A stretch of DNA of 64,000 bases from Malacoraja senta (taxonomy: Eukaryota), in assembly GCA_038087875.1 (NCBI GenBank), contig JAXLNO010000104.1:124001-188000 (forward strand), in the 5' to 3' direction. Each line of letters begins with the position of its first letter. Position 1 is the first letter of the stretch. A model generated the notes under the pieces. The model was not told where the DNA came from, searched no databases, and saw nothing but the letters and a program-made list of their open reading frames with translations. Both the position numbers and the translations under genes were made by a program. Shown here in pieces: positions 58,836-64,000 of the stretch.

Positions 58836-61800
58836 CATTGTGATCATGGCTGATCATCCACAATCAGTAACCCGGCGCTGCCTTCTCCCCATTCCCCTTG
58901 ATTCCGCTAGCCCCAAGAGCTCTATCGAACTATTTTAATTGCATCCGGTGAATCGGCCTCTGCTGCCTTCTGTGGCAGAGAATTCCACAAATTCACAACT
59001 CTCTGGGTGAAGTTTTTTCTCATCTCCGTCTTCACCGCGTGAACCTACGCTGCACTGCCTCAATACAAAGGATGTCTTCAAATTAGGATCTTTACTTTCA
59101 GTGTCTGATGCACAAGGACATCCAGGTCTCGTTGCACTTCCCTTTGTCCCCTGGTTCTGGACTCCCCCAACATCGGGAACATGTATCCTGGCTCTAGCGT
59201 GTCCAAACCCTTAATAATCTTGTATGTTTCAATAATATGCCCTCTCATTCTTCTAAACCCCAGGGTATACAAGTCCAGCCGCTCCATTCTCTCAGCGTAT
59301 GACAGTCCCACCATCCCGGGAATTAACCTTGTAAACCTACGCTGCACTCCCTCAACAACTCCTGATTTTTGTACTAATCAAGAATCTTTCTACCTATGCC
59401 TTACAAATATCCACTGACCTGGCCTCCACAGCCTTCTCTGGCAAAGAATTTCGCAGATTCACCTCCCTCTGACTGAAGAAATTCCTCCTCCTCTCCTTCC
59501 AACATGAACATCCTTTAATTCTGAGGCTCCGCCCTCTAGTCCTCGACTCAACCACTAGTGGAAACATCCTCTCCACATCCACTCTATCAAAGCCTTTCAC
59601 TATTCTGTACGTTTCAATGAGGTCCCGCCTCATTCTTCTAAACTCCAACGAGTACAGGCCCAGTGCCGACAAACGCTCATCATAGGTTAACCTACTCATT
59701 CCTGGGATCATTCTTGTAAATCTCATCTGGACCCACTCCAGAGCCAGCATATCCTTCCTCAGATATGGTGCCCAAAATTGCTCAAATAGTGATGGGGACT
59801 CTGCTGTTTCTGCGGCCATGGGCGAGACTATAGTACGATGTGTTGCCTATCTGGTGCCAGATCTGAGCGGACACAGGACATTGGGTACTTTTCATAATGG
59901 CAGGCAGTGACAAGCGGAGTGCCACAAGGCTCAGTGCTGGGACCCCAGTTATTGACAATAGATATTAACAATGTAGTCAAAGGAATTAAATGTAACATCT
60001 CCGTTTGTATATGACGCAAAGCTGGGTGGCAGTGTGTGCTGCGAGGAGGATGCTATGAGGCTGCAGGTTGACGGATAGGTTGGGTGAGTGGGCAGATGCA
60101 TGGAAGATTCAGTATAATGTGGATAAATGTGAGGTTATCCACTTTGATGGCAAGAACAAGAAGTCAGATTATTATCTGAATGGTATCAGGTTTGGAAAAG
60201 GACAGGTGCATCGCGGCCTGGGTATCCTCGTACATCAGCCACTAAACGTAAACATGCAGGTACAGCAGGCAGAGAAGAAAGCTAATGGCATGTTTGCCTT
60301 CATAGCGAGAGGATTTGACTATAGGAGTAGGCTGGTCCTACTGCAGTATACATGGACCTGGTGAGAACACGCCAGGATTATTGTGTGCTTTATGGTCTCC
60401 TAATTTGAGGAAGGACATTCTTGCTATTGAGGGAGTGCAGCGTAGGTTCATCAGGTTAATTCCCGGGATGGCGAGACTGACATATGATGCAAGAATGGAT
60501 CGACTGGGCTTCTATTTACTGGATTTCAGGATGAGAGGGAATATGAAAGATACATATATGTTTCTTAAGGGATTGCCCAGGCTTGATGCATGAGTAATGT
60601 TCCCGATGTTGGGGGAGTCCAGAACCAGGGGGGTCACAGTTTAAGAATAAGGGGAAGGCAATTCAGGACTGAGATGAGGAAAACATTTCTCACCCAGAGA
60701 GCTGTGAATTTGTGGAATTCTCTGGAGGCCAATTTACTTGATGTATTCAAGAGAGTGTTAGATATAGCTCTTAGGGCTAACGGAATCAAGGGAGATGGGG
60801 AGAAAGCAAGAACGGGGTACAGATTTTGGATGATCAGCCATGATCATATTGAATGGCGGTGCTGGCTCAAGGGCCGAATGGCCTTGTCCTGCGCCTATGT
60901 TCTGTGTTTCTTTGTATCTATTCTGAAAGGGAGAGGTGAGCAGCCAGAGCTCATAGTCCATATTACTAGCAATGACACAGGTAGGGAGGGAGATGAGGCA
61001 GGGAGTGAGACAGGTGGTTAAAAAGTAACTCCAGTCTTATAATCTCACTCTGTGTAAGAAGGAACTGCAGATGCTGGTTTAAACCGAAGGTGGACACAAA
61101 ATACTGGAGTAACTCAGCGGGACAAGCCCCTTCTTCAGACTGAGAGTGAGGGGTGAGGGAGACACGGAGATAAGGGATCGCACTACCTGTGCCCCTTGTT
61201 CAATAGACAAGAAAGAGGAAGACAGTGCAGATCAGTAGGTGACTCAGGAGCTGGTGCAGGGGGTGAATTACACATGAATGTTCAATGTTCCCATAGACTG
61301 CATCTTTGGAACTGATGTGTTACAATGCTGAGAGATCCATTCTGCAATCTGTATCTTGCACTTTACTCCACATATTGTCCTTGAGATTGACTTGATTATA
61401 ATAAGGTCATAATAATAGCAGTAGAATTAGGCCTTTCGGCCCACCGTCTTTCTTCTGCCTTATTCCCATATCCTCTGACATCTGTGCTAATCAAGAATCT
61501 ATCTATCGCTGCCTTAAATATATCCACTGACGGCCTCCACAGCCTTCTGTGGCAAAACAAATCACAGATTCACCACCCTCTGACTAAATATATTTATTCT
61601 CAATACATTCCTAAATGAACGTCCTTTAATTCTGAGGCTATGACATCTAGTCCTAAACTCTTCCACTAGTGGAAACATCCTGTCCCCATCCACTCTATCC
61701 AAGACGTTCATTATTCTGTACGTTTCAATGTGGTCCCCACTTATTTATCTAAACTCCAGCCAGTACAGGCCCAGCGCCGATAAACACTGATCATAGATTA

Positions 61801-62560
61801 ACCTACTCATTCCTGGGATCATTCTTGTAAACCTCATCTGAACCCTCTCCAGAGCCAGCACATCCTTCCTCAGATATGGTGCCCAAAATTGCTCAAAATA
61901 TACCAAATGTGGCCTGACCAGAGCCTTATAGAGACTTAACGTTACATCCCTGTTTTTGAATACAAGCCCTCTTGAAAGAAAGCTAGCATTGAGTTTGCTT
62001 GTATAGACTTATCTGATTATATAGCATGCAAAACAAAGCTTGACACTGTACCTCGTACATGGGCAGAGCATTCAATAGGAAAGGTGCATTCATTCTGACC
62101 GGATTCTGTAGGTTTCCCAAAAGCCAGCTGAGGAACATAGAAACATAGAAAATAGGTGCAGGAGTAGGCCATTCGGCCCTTCGATATGCCCATTCAATAT
62201 GATCATGGCTGATCATCCAACTCAGTATCCTGTACCTGCCTTCTCTCCATACCCCCTGATCCCTTTAGCCACAAGGGCCACATCTAACTCCCTCTTAAAT
62301 ATAGCCAATGAACTGGCCTCAACTACCTTCTGTGGCAGAGAATTCCACAGATTCACCTCTCTGTGTGAAAAAGGTTTTTCTCATCTCGGTCCTAAAAGAC
62401 TTCCCCCTTATCCTTAAACTGTGACCCCTTATTCTGGACTTCCCCAACATTGGGAACAATCTTCCTGCATCTAGCCTGTCCAACCCCTTAAGAATTTTGT
62501 AAGTTTCTATAATATTCTCAATCTTCTGAATCTTCTAAATGCTAGTGAGTACAAGCGAGT
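58836..62560. mobile_element. Pile-up of CR1 fragments (minus 58836-59790 and 61400-62560; plus 59880-60920)
   Basis: RT and C-terminal CR1 motifs in the ORF track; repeated 3' tails. Confidence 0.85.
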
Positions 62561-62569
62561 ACAACATTT

Positions 62570-63772
62570 AGAGCTATCTCCATCGCAGGTGATAGACTCA
62601 CTATCTCCATCGCAGGTGATAGACTCCTTACCGACATCCACTACAAACCTACCGACTCCCATGGCTATCTGGACTACACTTCTTCCCACCCTGCTTCCTG
62701 TAAGGACTCCATCCCCCACTCCCAATTCCTCCGTCTACGCCGCATCTGCTCCCAGGATGAGGCGTTCCACACCAGGGCATCTGAAATGTCCTCATTCTTC
62801 AGGGAACGGGGGTTCCCCTCCTCCACCATAGATGAGGCTCGCACCAGGGTCTCTGCCATACCCCGCAACACTGCTCTCTCTCCCCATCCCCCCTCTCACA
62901 ACAAAGGCAGAGTCCCCCCTAGTCCTCACCTTTCACCCCACCAGCCGTCACATACAACAAGTGATCCTCCGTCAGTTTCGCCACCTCCAACGTGACCCCA
63001 CCACTCGCCACATCTTCCCATCTCCCCCTATGCCTGCCTTCCGCAAAGACCGCTCCCTCCGTAACTCCCTTGTCAATTCTTCCCTTCCCTCCCATACCAC
63101 CCCCTCCACTGGTACTTTCCCTTGCAACCGCAAGAGATGCAACACTTGTCCCTTCACTTCCCCCCTCCACTCCATTCAAGGACCCAAGCAGTCGTTCCAG
63201 GTGCGACAGAGGTTCACCTGCATCTCCTCCAACCTCATCTATTGCATTCGCTGCTCTAGATGCCAGCTGATCTACATCGGTGAGACCAAGCGGAGGCTTG
63301 GCGATCGTTTCGCCGAACACCTCCGGTCGGTCCGCAATAACCAACCTGAACTCCCGGTGGCTCAGCACTTCAACTCCCCCTCCCATTCCGTATCTGACCT
63401 CTCTGTCCTGGGTCTCCTCCATGGCCACAGCGAGCAACACCGTAAATTGGAGGAAATGCACCTCATATTCCGCTTGGGCAGTCTACATCCTGGTGGCCTG
63501 AACGTTGAATTCTCCCAATTCTGCTAGCCCTGGCTGTCCCCTCCCCTTCATCGGCCATCTGGTTGTCTCCTCCCCTCCCCCAGCCCTCGGGCTCCTCCTC
63601 CGCCTTTTCCTTTTTTCCTTTCTTCTCCCCACCCCCTATCAGTCTGAAGAAGGGTTTCGGCCCGAAACGTTACCTATTTCCTTCGCTCCATAGATGCTGA
63701 TGCACCCGCTGAGTTTCTCCAGCATTTTTGTGTACCTTCGATTTTCCAGCATCTGCAGTTCCTTCTTTAACA
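62570..63772 (+). mobile_element. 5'-truncated Penelope-like element (RT C-terminus, GIY-YIG, 3' end with hammerhead)
   Basis: YKPTDSHGYLDYTSSHP, SQFLRLRRICS, ERGFP, LIYCIRC...YIGETKR, GLNVEF; hammerhead core at ~63644-63672. Confidence 0.94.
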
Positions 63773-64000
63773 CAACATTTAGAGTATTGTGTTCAGTTTT
63801 GCTCACCGTGCAAATATGTTGTCAAACTGGAAAGGGTGCAGAGAAGATTAACGAGGCTGTTGCTAGGATACGAGGGTCTGAGCTATAGAGGGAGATTGGG
63901 CAGGACAGGACATTATTCCTTGGAGCGCAGGAGGGTGAGGAGTGAATTATAGAGATGTACAAAATCATGAGAGGAATAGATCAGGTAAATACACAGTTAG

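Overview
Eukaryotic, repeat-saturated vertebrate DNA. HE1-type V-SINEs, abundant CR1/HER1 LINE tails and Penelope-derived short repeats point to a cartilaginous fish, probably a skate or ray (inference). I found no intact host protein-coding gene, and most ORFs in the track are transposon fragments or GC-rich noise. Main structures: (1) A diverged palindrome of at least 8.9 kb (1-4604 vs 4938-8920; the left arm runs off the window) whose ~330-bp spacer is a CpG-rich, promoter-like sequence. (2) Two consecutive exons of an INF2 (inverted formin 2)-like gene on the minus strand (40325-40358, 39916-40043), with GT-AG sites and a frameshifting deletion, so probably a pseudogene fragment. (3) Two full-span, decayed DIRS1 tyrosine-recombinase retrotransposons with readable ITR/ICR ends, each integrated at an AAT core. 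(4) A two-ORF RTE-X-like LINE, plus CR1, L1, Rex1/Babar and Penelope elements, many nested. (5) Many minimal hammerhead-ribozyme motifs in Penelope-derived repeats, and tandem arrays derived from Penelope sequence. (6) A non-autonomous LTR element whose 3' LTR has captured 300 bp of upstream flank. (7) A decayed LTR element with a possible env-like membrane-protein ORF. (8) Several MITEs. Coordinates were read by eye and may be off by a few bases. Family names come from remembered motifs, not database searches.
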